A DNA stretch of 63,775 bases, counting the filler, from Olpidium bornovanus S191 (Eukaryota > Fungi > Olpidiomycota): assembly GCA_017911155.1 (NCBI GenBank). It is 28 parts of 28 records of this genome, joined end to end, with 100 filler letters (N's around TTAATTAATTAA, not from the genome) between each part and the next. Parts side by side here need not be neighbours in the genome. Positions count along the whole stretch, not along the records: positions 22,810 to 24,906 come from JAEFCI010000895.1; positions 25,007 to 26,126 come from JAEFCI010004641.1; positions 26,227 to 27,514 come from JAEFCI010012218.1; positions 27,615 to 30,946 come from JAEFCI010010288.1; positions 31,047 to 32,227 come from JAEFCI010005540.1; positions 32,328 to 34,032 come from JAEFCI010001285.1; positions 34,133 to 37,619 come from JAEFCI010007555.1; 21 more parts are not named here. The stretch is one strand, 5' to 3'. Of this stretch, positions 22,913 through 34,872 are shown piece after piece. The notes beneath the pieces are model-generated. The model was given only the letters and a program-made list of their open reading frames with translations. It was not told the origin of the DNA and did not search any database. The stretch's first letter is position 1, and each line of letters opens with the position of its first letter. A program made the position numbers and the translations under genes.

Positions 22913-24011
22913 TTAAGTGTTAAAGCAAATACTTCCAGATCCAGACCCAGATTCTAGAGCCAGACTCGTGTAGATATTATCTCCAGATAGCGCACCGCGC
23001 AGATAAATATTACACTTGTTACAATCTGCAGGGATCAACGGACAGTCATCACTCGGAAATTGCTCAGGGGAACGGCAAAACTTGCATAGATGCCGCGGCC
23101 GGCGGGCAGCATTATTGGTTCTGGGGGTTTCCGCATTTTCAAAACGCTGATTAGGCCAAGTTGAACGTGGGCCACTTCCTCTGGCCGGGCGCTGATTAGG
23201 TCGAGTTGAACATGGGCCACTCCCTCCCCAACGGCGAGCAGTCCGGCCACGGCCGGAATGAGGATTGTCGCCTTGTGCTCCTCCTGACCAAGCGGCCAAT
23301 GCTGAAGGGCGCTGGTCCGCAGTGGCCCTTAGGAAACCATCATACTGTAGGGCAGCTTCCTGATAGTTCTGAAGCGACGTGACGTTTCCTGGCACTGTAG
23401 CAATCACCTTCTTCACAGATTCCGACAGGTTTTCGGCATATTGAAGAAGTAACGCTTGGTCTCCGATCGTGTCACGCAATGTGGCGGCTATCATGTTGAA
23501 TTGTGTTGTATAGTGTTGAACACTTCCTGTTTGGCAGAGAGAGCGGAGGCGACAGTGGGCTGCTAGAGTATCATAGTCAGACGAGTAACGTTGACATAAA
23601 AGTGCTTTCAGCTCACTCCAGGAGGCGCTCACTGGGTTCCATTCAAGGTAACTAAACCTTAATGATTCCGGGGTCCCGGTCAATCTATTCTCAACGAAGA
23701 TGAGTTGGAGGTCTGGAGCAGCCCACGCGTATGAGAAATATGAGTCCATCTTGTGGAAAAAACGCGGAGCTGGGCTCCTCCTCCCTTGCTATCATATTTG
23801 GCAATATCAGTGAGGGCCACACGACTTGAGAGTCGTCCCGCTCATGAGACTGCGGGGAGATGGTCGTTGCTGGCGAGGGCTTGGTCTGCACTTGTTTGTG
23901 CAGCAAAGCTGGAAGTTGGGCCTTCATGATCTCATGTTCCTCCAGGAGATTTTTATAAGCTGTATATTTTGTAGAGGCGTAGCCGGAAATGGGGTTGTCT
24001 TGTCGAGTCAC
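22913..24011 (-). mobile_element. Retrotransposon Gag (Ty3-type capsid), frameshifted, no pol downstream
   Basis: PKYDSKGGGAQLRVF[fs]FHKMDSYF...SWSELKALLCQRY...AAHCRLRSLCQTGSVQHYTTQFNMIA, then a degenerate knuckle CKFCRSPEQFPSDDC and a stop. Confidence 0.85.
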
Positions 24012-24156
24012 TCGTTCCGCGCAGATGGCGGTTGCGCGGCGGCGCAGATGGCAGTTGCGCGGCGGCGCAGAGGGGAAGGCGGCGGGCGCGCGCCGACGGC
24101 GGCGGCGGCGGGCGCGTAGCGGCGGTGAGCGCAGCGGAGTCGGGGCGCGCGGATGG

Positions 24157-24269
24157 CGGATGGCTGCGCTCTTCGGGAGCGGAGGTTGCGCTCGTCTGGA
24201 GCGGAGGTTGCGCTCGTCTGGAGCGGAGGTTGCGCTCGTCGGGAGCGGAGGTTGCGCTCTTCGGGAGCG
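24157..24269. repeat. 22-bp minisatellite (ggagcggaggttgcgctcgtct), about 5 copies
   Basis: Period of 22 bp (units at 24176, 24198, ...); no spacers. Confidence 0.9.
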
Positions 24270-24360
24270 TTCACGGGCAGGGCGCTGTCCGTGTGGGGCG
24301 GCCGGAGCGTCAGAGTCCCGTTGGGCTCATAACCTTTTTGAGGTTGTGTTCGGGAATTCC

Positions 24361-24600
24361 GCCCGGTGGCGTTTTATTCGAGCTCGTAAAATTCTACCAT
24401 ATATACGGCGTAGAGCGACAGTTTGTCGCCAGAGGCTTCTCGCAAATCAAAGACATTGACTTCCAGGACACATTCTTGCCCGTGGTTTCAGCGACGGCAC
24501 TTTGGACCATCATTGCCGTCGCCACAAGGAAGCATGGATCATGCGCCAGATGGACGTGGTCCTGGCGTACCTTCATGGAGAGCTTGACATCGACCTTCAT
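24361..24600 (+). mobile_element. Ty1/copia reverse transcriptase N-terminal fragment (pseudogene)
   Basis: ARW...FVARGFSQIKDIDFQDTFLPVVSATALWTIIAVA[fs]QMDVVLAYLHGELD matches the copia RT motifs LVARGFSQ, GIDYxETFAPV and QMDVxxAFLHGxL. Confidence 0.9.
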
Positions 24601-25105
24601 GGTGGGGGGCGAGCTGTGCAGCGAAGTTAGACGTAGAGGTAGTGCTGCCTGTTGTATCGACACTGTACCTTAAACGCTTTTCCTCGAAGAGCCTGTTGAA
24701 GTGCTCTTTGACGGATTGGCCGGTGACAACTGACGCGCTCTCCGTATCACCCGTATCGCCTGTATCGCCCGTACCGACTTTATACCCATGCGCTCTCTGT
24801 AGCGCCTGTAACGGCTTCGCTTTGATGCGCCCATCGAAGCGCCCCCCCCCGTGGGCTGGACGGCTTCCCTCCCGGGGAGTGCGCCCACAGGCGAATTAGC
24901 CGCTCGNNNNNNNNNNNNNNNNNNNNNNNNNNNNNNNNNNNNNNNNNNNNTTAATTAATTAANNNNNNNNNNNNNNNNNNNNNNNNNNNNNNNNNNNNNN
25001 NNNNNNCCTGCCGCCGAAAAGCCGCAGAAAAATCACGCGTCAACGAAAGCGAAGCAGCCGAAAAAAAGGGACTACCAACCGACGCTTGCTTCTGAGGATC
25101 GGCAT

Positions 25106-25594
25106 GCCGACGTCCATAAGCCACCAGGCATATCTCCGCCCCCGAGACGAGTGGTGGACAGGGGACCCAGATGACGCCGTTGACTAAGGAGTACTGCGCG
25201 GGAGCCCTCCGCCAGCATCCCTCGTTAACGTGGGCCCTGGGAACCACCTGCCGCCTCTTGCCCCGAAACGCCGACGTCCATAAGCCACCAGGCATATCTC
25301 CGCCCCCGAGACGAGTGGTTGACAGAAGGCCCAAATGACGCCGTTGACTAAGGAGTACTGCGCGGGAGCCCTCCGCCAGCATCCCTCGTTAACACGGGCC
25401 CTGGGAACCACCTGCCGCCTCTTGCCCCGAAACGCCGACGTCCAAAAGCCACCAGGCATATCTCCGCCCCCGAGCCGAGTGGTGGACAGGTGGCCCAGAT
25501 GACGCCGTTGACTAAAGAGTACTGCGCAGGGGCCCTCCGCCAGCATCCCTCGTTAACGCGGGCCCTAAGAACCACCTGCCGCCTCTCGCCCCGA
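25106..25594. repeat. 164-bp tandem repeat, 3 copies
   Basis: Unit starts gccgacgtcc at 25106, 25270 and 25434; copies are highly similar. Confidence 0.95.
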
Positions 25595-26314
25595 GTACAG
25601 GACACGCCTCGAGCCCGGACAACGGACATGACGCACATGACAAATGTGACGGACGCGGATGCGTGTGAGCTTGCACCTCAAGCTTCACGCGCAGACCGCG
25701 GCGCGTGTTGTCTGTCTTCCAGTCTTCCGCCACATCCCAGTAGGTGTGCACGGCTGCCACGGCGCCCTTCACTGCTCCCGCCACCATGGTCCTCCCCTCC
25801 GTCTCCCGTCTCCCGCCTTCTTTCCTTCTGTCTATCTTTCTTCCTTTCTTTTCTCTCTTCTGCCGGGAGAAGCGAGCGCAGCCGGGAGAAGCGAGTGCGC
25901 GCCGCGCACCCTTTTATACCCGGGGATCGCGCCTTTTTTTTTCCTCGCCGTTTGTTTTGGCTTTTTTTTTACCCCCGCCCGGTCGGGCGATCACGTGACC
26001 AACACCCGCACACACCGAAAAAAAAAAAAAAAAAACGGCCGCGCGATCACGTGACCAACACCCGCACACACCAAAAAAAAATAAAAAAAAAATCGACAGG
26101 CGCGCTGGCCGCATGGATTTCGAGCGNNNNNNNNNNNNNNNNNNNNNNNNNNNNNNNNNNNNNNNNNNNNTTAATTAATTAANNNNNNNNNNNNNNNNNN
26201 NNNNNNNNNNNNNNNNNNNNNNNNNNCATGACGGAAGTCCGGGAAACACGGGGAAGTGAAAACACGGAGGCTGCGACCACGGGAGGAAACAAAAAAAAAA
26301 CAATTCGCGCTTAC

Positions 26315-26748
26315 GATATTGCCTAAGTTGTTGGCGTTCAGGAAGAACGTGGCCTTGACGCCCTTGTCGCTGAGCAGCTTCAGGAGGTTAAGGGTGTTCT
26401 GCGGCGAGGGTCCGTCGTCTGGGGGACAGGGGTGGATGACCGGGTTCCGGAGCAGAAACGCGAAAAAGCGGGAGGCGGTCAGTTATGCGCATACGGCGGC
26501 GGCGTACGCGCGCGGAGGGCTGCCGACTCGCAGGGAAAAGCACCTGTTTGCTCAAAGGCTGGAAGGAAAGGAAACTCTTCGCCTCGCCCCTTACCGAATG
26601 TGACGGCGAGCTGGCCCGCCTGCTGGCAGTCGGTCCTGACGACGGCCGGGCCGGCGTCCTGTCCCTCACCCGGCGACGGCAGCGCGCGAGCAAGGCCCGC
26701 CACGAGGACGGCGACCGCGGGGACGAGAGAGCACGCGAAAGTCTTCAT
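26315..26748 (-). CDS. Secreted polysaccharide/chitin deacetylase (CE4, NodB domain), N-terminal part
   Basis: Signal peptide MKTFACSLVPAVAVLVAGLARA. Exons 26748-26595 and 26418-26315 give CQQAGQLAVTFDDGPSPQNTLNLLKLLSDKGVKATFFLNANN (TFDDGP and ATFF motifs). Confidence 0.92.
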
Positions 26749-27093
26749 CGCTGGCTGGGTGCGAGAGGGCCGGCGAGTGGGTGGTTGCGGAGTGGGAGAG
26801 GGTGGGTGCGAAGAGGTGTGTCGGAGGAGAGGGTTGGGGAAGAAGGGGCTCGCCGGGCGACGCGCGGGGGAGGGCGGAGGGATGCGGGGGAGGGGGGGTG
26901 GGAAGAAGGGAGCGGCTGCGGAGGAGGGGGGCGATGGGACAGGGACGCGCCGGGTGGATGCCGGGGAGCGGGGCGGGGAAGGGGGCGGCGAAACCCTTCC
27001 GGGGCGCCCGCTTTATATACACCAGAGCGGCTCCCCGCGGGCGTACGGTTTTTTCCCCGCCGGCGGCAGCGCCGGGCGTCTTTCCCAGCGGGG

Positions 27094-27170
<77 letters not shown>

Positions 27171-27425
27171 GGGGGGGAGGGCGGGGGGGGGGGGGGGGGG
27201 TGGGAGGAAGGGACAAGGCGGACACGTGGACGGGGGCGACTCGCTGACAACCCCCCGCCCTGGTTGTTTGTTTCTCTTTCCGCCGACCTTTTTCCCTCCC
27301 GGCGGGCGTAAGTATTGGCAATGAGTGGGAAGAGGAAGAGAGGCGGAAGGGTGCCGTGTTGAACTCGCGGGCGTCAGGGTCGGGAATTTCCCGGGACGGC
27401 GGGCGTCAGGGCCGTCCGCCGTTTC

Positions 27426-27507
<82 letters not shown>

Positions 27508-27614
27508 AGGGGAGNNNNNNNNNNNNNNNNNNNNNNNNNNNNNNNNNNNNNNNNNNNNTTAATTAATTAANNNNNNNNNNNNNNNNNNNNNNNNNNNNNN
27601 NNNNNNNNNNNNNN

Positions 27615-30141
27615 CATGAATTGCCCGGTCGAATCCGGCTGCGAGTGGTAGCACGATGATACAGTTCAGCACTTGACTGTCACCCGGCACACGATGCCGC
27701 GAAACACGTACCCCAAGCCACAGCGCGTCGCCGGTATGGATAACGCCTGTAAGGAGTGTCCCGCTGACCACGGTCCCGACGAATGGAACCGAAAACGTGT
27801 CCGTAATCTGGAACTCAACAGGTTCGTTGACGTCGTAGGTGCCCACAGACGGAAGTAGGTTTAGGAAAGTACGAAGGAGAGGCATCCCCTGCATACAGGA
27901 CAACCAAAACGTGAGGCTGAATGGTCACGCGCATAACTTGGCGCAATTTAAGTTCGAATGTCCTTACTTCACCGGTGACGTTCGATATTCGAAATATTGG
28001 ACATAATCTTAAAAAAAATTAGTATGCGCTTTATCAAGTCTACTGGAAAATTGCTGCACGTGCCGGACGGGATGAACACACCTCTCGCTGACAAAGTTGG
28101 CCTGGATTCAAAAAAAAAACGCGAACCTTGTCAGTCACGGACGCAAACAGAAATTTCCGAAAGGCCGGGAGCCACTCACTGATGTCGTCACAACGTCCTC
28201 GTCGCTTTTAATGAAAATTGGAATCTTGCGGCACCCGGAGGACTTTAGAATCTTTGTCAGCTGCTTAAGGGTGCTGTCCAGTACGTTCGCTGAAATTTTT
28301 TTTTTAACAAAAACCGGTCATAAAAGACTACCATAACTCGGGGCTAAGGACAAGTGAACGTACGTGGGCACATGTCAATCTTAGTGATCACGCAGATGAC
28401 GGGGACGTTCAGTGCAAGGGCCAGTCCAAGGTGCTCCTAATAAAGACCAACAAGGTGTCATCCGTCAGTACCGCAAACGTAGAATGAGGCGAGAGACAAA
28501 TTTAGCCGGCATGGAATCGTTACCTTCGTCATGCCGATGACCCCAGCGTTTGAGCCGATCTGGACCAACCATCGGTTAATCAACAGAAACGCCAGAATTT
28601 GCGGGAAACGATGTCATGGGAATAAACAAATACAAACCATTAACATGACGACGTCTGGGGTGCACCCGGTCATGCCGAATACTGTGGTCTATTTCGGCAA
28701 GGAGAGCTTCCGTCAGTAATTTGACTGGATGTGACAGCGCGGCACGGCAACACATGCCTTAAGATACTTCTCGTGTCCGGCAAGGTCGATAAACGATATG
28801 ACCTGGTCGGAAATATTCAAGCAGCATGCTGTCAGGCCAGAATCAGCTCGTCGCAGCTCAGCGTGAAACCCGCGCAGCCATACGACGCAACCTTAGCTGC
28901 GCGCGCGCAGATCTCCTCCCAGTTGAGCTTGCGCCCGGGTGCTGGTAGTACCGAGTTCCCTTTTGAGTCATACCCGAGAATTTCCAGGCCGACGCTGGAC
29001 GTCCGCCCGGACTCAACCTCGTGTTTGTGACGAAAAAGGTTAACGCGCGCCCTACCGCGCCCGTCGTCGAGCTGACCCCGGGTCAGGACGCCGAGCGTGG
29101 TGCTCTAAAACGTGAGTGTTCAAAATGCGGGTTCCGGTCAGATCTAAAAGGCGTTGTAACGGCCTTTCCGGCGGCCGCAAACCCGAGGAAAGGGCGGCTT
29201 CTTACCTTTCCGGCGTCTACGTTGCCGACCACGGCGCATCTCACTTCGAAAATCTGTTCGGGGGATGCCGGATTCCTCCGAAGCAAAACGTGGCACATAT
29301 GAGACTGCTTGATCTCCTTGCGCCAAACCGTCGAGGCGTCCGTTCCGAGCTCCATCGCGGCGTCACGCAGGAACGTGAGGGCAGCGCTGAGCTCATTTTC
29401 GCTGAATCCGGCAGGGGAACCATCATCTAAAGGGGGTTACATGACAGAAAGTTCTTTATTAAAACAGGACAGCGCTTCCGCAAGGCGGATTGGGCGTTCT
29501 TCGTTAAGACAAGACAGCGCTTCCGCAAGGCGGATTGGGCGTTCTTCGGTAAAACAGGACAGCGCTTCCGCAAGGCGGATTGGGCATAAAGTACCGTTGA
29601 CGCCGAGCTCGTATAACATCTCGCCGTGGCCGTCCTTAACGCGCGTTCGAATAAGGTCGGTCAGCGCCCGGCGATCGGCATCGGTAGGGAACAGGAACCG
29701 TTCCTAAAACGGGGACGCGACGCGCGGGCGGCCACTGATGTCTCAGCAATGTTCGTCGCACTCCTCCTGCCACACACGAGAAAGAGACGCCCATGGTGTA
29801 CGATATTGCAATAATAGGTTGATCGTAAGAAAGATGCGCACTCTGGTTGTCCTCCACTCGGGATTCCGGCCGTGTCCGCCTCGCTCGTCGTCGTCACTTC
29901 GCAGGTCAAAATCGGCGAGGTCCAAGCTCGCCACGCCCGCCTCGACGACCGCCACCGCCGCGTCGTAGAGCGGATCGCCCGGCGTGCCGACTACGCACTT
30001 TCCCGGCAGCCCTGGGCCGGTGCCCTTGGAAACCAGCGCGTCCGCTTCCTCGGGCGCCGCCGACGACTCCGGGGACCCGGAGTCAGCCTGGGTTGAGCAG
30101 GGATCGCCCTTAACAATAGATTGGGGCGGCAACTTGGCCAT
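27615..30141 (-). CDS. GTPBP1: GTP-binding protein 1/2 (GTPBP1/AGP-1 translational GTPase), multi-exon, 3' partial
   Basis: [119 protein letters not shown]. Confidence 0.93.
29461..29586. repeat. 45-bp tandem repeat (about 2.8 copies) inside a GTPBP intron
   Basis: aaaacaggacagcgcttccgcaaggcggattgggcgttcttcgt at 29461, 29506 and 29551, within intron 29427-29594. Confidence 0.9.
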
Positions 30142-30817
30142 GTTGTCGTGGTGTTGGTGATGGTTGTGGCGGCGCTGGCCGGGAGTCGTCTTGAATCCCT
30201 CTGGCACCGCCGCTGAGGAAAGTCCGACTCTGTCGCTACGCGGAAACAGAGGGGACGTAAGTCGACCACTGGCAACGCGCACAAGCCCAAACCCGGGCTG
30301 TCACACGACGGATTATCGTCAAGTCGAAGATGCGCAAGGAAGGAGAGCCGCGCGACGGCGCAAGGGCGGTCGCGCGGCCAAGTAGACAGCGACAAGAAAA
30401 AAGCGCGCCGGGCGCGAGGCAACTGCGCGGGCGGAGTTTACCTCAGGTCGTTGTTCGTCGCTGTTGATTGGGCTGCGGTGTGGCTGTTGATCGGTATGGC
30501 GGGTTTCGCAGAACTGTCATGGAGAGCAGCGCGGCGGGCCGACCGGGTGGGGGGCGGCTTAGATGGCACGGGCTGTGAGAAGGGGAACGAAGCGAAGTGG
30601 TGGGGGGGGAAGAAAGCGGCCCGTCTCGTGAGAAAGCATGATAGGCCGGAGGGGAGGGGAAGGGAAGGGACGGAAAGCAGGCGCGATTCCGCGGCAAAAA
30701 AACGAGGGGAGCTGTCGCACCCACGCACGCACCCCACCCACCGCAACGTAGTCCGGTGTGCTTCCCCGGCGAACTTCCGCGCGCTCCCTCGTGGCTGCCA
30801 GGCTGCCTTTCCTGGCG

Positions 30818-30820
<3 letters not shown>

Positions 30821-30868
<48 letters not shown>
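30821..30868. repeat. (GT)24 microsatellite
   Basis: Direct reading. Confidence 0.95.
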
Positions 30869-30871
<3 letters not shown>

Positions 30872-31046
30872 GAGCGGCGGTAAACAGGGCGCGAAACGTA
30901 AGACGACGGGGGGGGGGGGGGGGGGGGGGAGACGGGGGGGGGAGGCNNNNNNNNNNNNNNNNNNNNNNNNNNNNNNNNNNNNNNNNNNNNTTAATTAATT
31001 AANNNNNNNNNNNNNNNNNNNNNNNNNNNNNNNNNNNNNNNNNNNN

Positions 31047-31400
31047 CATGAAAAACGCCTGCATTCGTCCTCCAAGTGTCCTGTTGAGTCTTTCTGCAAT
31101 GCAGTTTTGATGCCGAGAAATTGGTGACAAAGTGGTGAGTGCCGGTGCCGGTATGGAGGGGAAAATCGTCCATCCCGGGAGGAATGAGAAGGCAGAAAAA
31201 AGCCCAAGCCGCCGGGGCCTTGTGTCCCCCACATCTTCTACTTTAAGGCCAAACTTGCAGCCCCGTTGTAGACAAAGTTGTCTTCTGTACTCTTTCTCTC
31301 TCTTAACGGGGGAACCGACCAAACGAACGAAGGCAGCGACAGATACGAAGAGGGTCGAAGGGCAACTCGGCAAACCAATAGAAAGGCTCGACACCAAAAG
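31047..31400 (-). mobile_element. Ty1/copia integrase core relic
   Basis: FGLKVEDVGDTR...ISRHQNCIAERLNRTLGGRMQAFFM resembles K-I-R-x-D-x-G and P-x-QNGxAERxNRTL. Confidence 0.7.
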
Positions 31401-32142
31401 TTAATTCGGAGTGAACGGGCGATGCGGTTCGGATCGGTGCGGGCGAAGTTCCGATTTTTCCCTTTGGGCGACGCGTGGAGTTTTTTATTTAAAACAAAAC
31501 GCGTTTTGCTTTCACACAATGAAGGGGATGGGGGGAGGGGAGGGAAATGTGACGAAATGTGCCTCACCACCTCTGTCTCCCATATTAGTTTGTAGGGAAG
31601 AGCTGGGCAGACCCGGCGCAATGCCACCTTCCGCCGCTACCTTTTCCTTTTGCCGCCCTTTGTCGATGCGCTTGTCCTTCCGTTCAGTCATATGACAGCA
31701 CGTGCCGTGCATCAACATCTGATCTATGTACCACCTTCCATCGAATCATATGACAGCAGTTTTATCTTGGGGTTGGGTAGTGCGATGGAAGACCTCTTCA
31801 TCTTCTTTCTACGCCTCTGATTAACGTTTGTCTTAACGTTTGCGTAGCGTAGCGGAAGTCTTCCGAGGAGGAAAGCCCTGTCTGCTTCTCGCGTGCGTTG
31901 TTACCACGTGACCTCCCGAGTGCTCAGGCTTCAACACAAACGCAGCCCAGGCCACGGGTACGATCCTTGTCACCCCGGGAATGGAAGACGCGCTAAAATC
32001 ACGTGTAGCCACGCGCGCCGCAAAGAATCACGTGCATCCACGTGCGCAACGCGGGGTGTGTGTTTCTCTCCGTCCGCGCCCAAGGACCGCAAAAGGAGCG
32101 CCGCGTCTCGGTTCCGCCCCCCGCCGCCCGAGAAACGAACAG

Positions 32143-32179
<37 letters not shown>

Positions 32180-34274
32180 AAAACAACCCGACGGGCTACA
32201 GAACAGGTCAGGCAGGTGAGGAAAGAGNNNNNNNNNNNNNNNNNNNNNNNNNNNNNNNNNNNNNNNNNNNNTTAATTAATTAANNNNNNNNNNNNNNNNN
32301 NNNNNNNNNNNNNNNNNNNNNNNNNNNTCCCTCGCGCGCGTGATCGATCTACCTTTCCCTTCAGCGCCGCCTCCTGGCAGCATCCTCCGCAATGGTCTCC
32401 TCCTGCTGCAGATCGTATCGATCTACATTGCTTCTCAGAAACAGCATGCGAGTGGCGCAGGCGCCGCGCCGTGACGGCGGGTGAAGTGCCGAGAGATTTA
32501 ACGCCGTCACTGCGGAAACAAGGTGGAAAAAGCGTAGTCGACGCAAGTTTTGTCTTGCGTCGGACAGATGAAGGCGTTGCCGTTACCTGCGCTGTCGGCG
32601 GAAGAAGCGTTACTGTCCTCCATGGCCATGCCGGTACCGTGCTGGATCCTCCTGCGAAAGATTAGTGGATTGGGCGAAACATGGCAAAGCGACTGGCGGT
32701 TGGCCGCACGCCTTCCCACACTGCGCGCGCTAAAAAGGCGGTCGTTCCTGTGTGGGGGTTCAAATTGACCGCCATTCGCTGACATGTCTACATCCAGCCG
32801 ACTTCGAGGCGCCCCTGAGTTTATGATTATCCGGGGACGGATGAGAACCAAAGTTACGTACAGCTCAACCGCCACGTATGCGTACGTAATCTAAGCGAGT
32901 CCGCGGGGCGAACCTCTTCCCGGTCGGGCGGGCGTGAACTGCCGCGGCAGGGCTCACAGCCGCTCCTCCCGAGGGCGGACTCACCGCCGCACACCACACA
33001 CCAACGGCAACGAATCCCAAGGGGCCTCCGGGTCCCGGGTGGAAGCCCCGGCCCTTGCGATGGGAACGCCGGTCGCGGACTCACAGGCTTTCGGGCAACC
33101 GCCGCCGCGGAGGCGGGCGCCAGGAGGCCAAAAGCCGGCGCGAGCGCGGCGGAGGCGCCAGAGGCGGTGGCAGTCCCGCTTGCACGGGCATTGCCGCCGG
33201 CGTTCGCATCGTGGTCGCGTTGACGCTGCTTGTCGACGCGCCGGCATAAACGCCAATTCCCTCAATTAATAAGCCAGCGGCAGCGGCGGAACTGCTGGCC
33301 GTCACGCCGGCGGACCCGCTGGAGGCGCTAACGGAACGTCCGGAATATCGACGGTGCCGGATGCGCCGGGATCGTTGACCGACACTTCGTCGGCCTTCAC
33401 CGCGGAAGCGACAGCCAGCGAAACGGCGGCACAGGCTGGAGCGTTGCGGAACTGCATGGTTAAGATCAAAAACTTTGTAGAATGGGCGACAAAGTGCGAC
33501 GGGCGTTTCGCTGTAGTTAGAAAAACGTGCCGACGCGCAGAAAACTAGGCGGTTGCGCTTGCGGCCGTGGAGTCTTTTGAGCGCGTCGCGGAGAGGGTCG
33601 CGAATTTTTCCTCAAGCCGGAAAAACGCAGTCGGAATATTCCGGCCTGAGTGCCGGCCCGCCCCGCCACTCGACACGTTCCGTTTCGCGCAGGCTCCCGC
33701 CGGTTGGTCGGATAGCAATTTCCGAGCACCGGTTGATGCCTGAACCCTTAAATCGAAGGACACCTCTTCTGAGAGGAGAGATCCCGTTGGCCTGATCCAA
33801 GCCACATTTGTCACTAATGGCAAACGGGGTGCTGGAACATCCTACGTAATACTGCGGCTGCGATTGACTGTTGGAGCAGCAGCGGGAGGCTGCTCCCAGG
33901 CCAATCACAGACATGCAAGTTTGTTCAGTGACTTGCCCAACGATTGTTCTTGGCCTGACGGCTTTCGGCATCACACGAAACTTTAGATACATTTGCCAAA
34001 TTTCACCACAGATTTGGCTATTTTCGTAACGANNNNNNNNNNNNNNNNNNNNNNNNNNNNNNNNNNNNNNNNNNNNTTAATTAATTAANNNNNNNNNNNN
34101 NNNNNNNNNNNNNNNNNNNNNNNNNNNNNNNNAAAAAAAAAAAGAAAACCCGGGCTGCCGGGGAAGCGCGCGCGCCGTCATTGGAGGTCGGGTCGGTCGG
34201 TCAGGCGGGGGGGGGGGGGAGGGGGGGGGGGGGAAAAAAAGGGGGGGGAAAAAAAAGGGGGGGGGGGGGGGGGG

Positions 34275-34321
<47 letters not shown>

Positions 34322-34872
34322 AAAACGCGCTTTGAGCCGCCGCTCTCCGCTTCCTTTCGGCGCCCGCAAAGAACGCACGCCAAACGCACTCCGCGGGAGA
34401 TTCTCTCCTCTCGACGAGACGGAAAAAAAAAAAAACCTCCCGGAGGAGGAGGAGGAGGAAAACGCAGGCGGAGAGAGCAAGAGAAAAAAGACAGAAAGAG
34501 AGAGAAAGGAATTCCTGCCGGTGGGAGGGGGAGGGCGCAGACTGCCGGTGCTTTTTCTTTCTCTCTGCCCTGCCTTTCTCTCTCTGCTCTTTCTCTTCCC
34601 CCTTTCTCCTAAAGGGACAACGAAAAAAAAAAAAAAAAAAAAAAAAAGGAAGAGGGCCCGACGCTTGCCTTCCGGTCCCCGCGCCGCCCCGGCGGCTGCT
34701 TGCCTTTCCCCCCCCCCGCCTCCTCCTCGCATTTTCGGCCGGTTGGCCACACCAATGCCGCAGCGAGCTGCGGTGTCGCCGGCCGCCGCAGCCGCGCTGG
34801 TTGCGGCGGCGAGCAGGCCGGCCGCCAGGAGCCTGAGGGCGTCTCCGTCCGCCTCCGCCGCCGCCAGAAAAG

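Noticed and set aside
18024-24269. 20-bp and 22-bp arrays (and the 30-, 41- and 45-bp repeats) as CRISPR arrays
   Set aside because: They are head-to-tail with no unique spacers, there are no cas genes, and the context is eukaryotic.
22442-27570. Poly-Pro/poly-Gly ORFs as extensin/formin-like proteins
   Set aside because: They are translations of poly-C/G homopolymer tracts, open in several frames at once.
32328-34031. Several open frames on this contig (also 42745-43120, 49488-50330 and 54221-56821)
   Set aside because: They may contain real exons, but I could not assign a family or a consistent splice model, so they are not reported as features.
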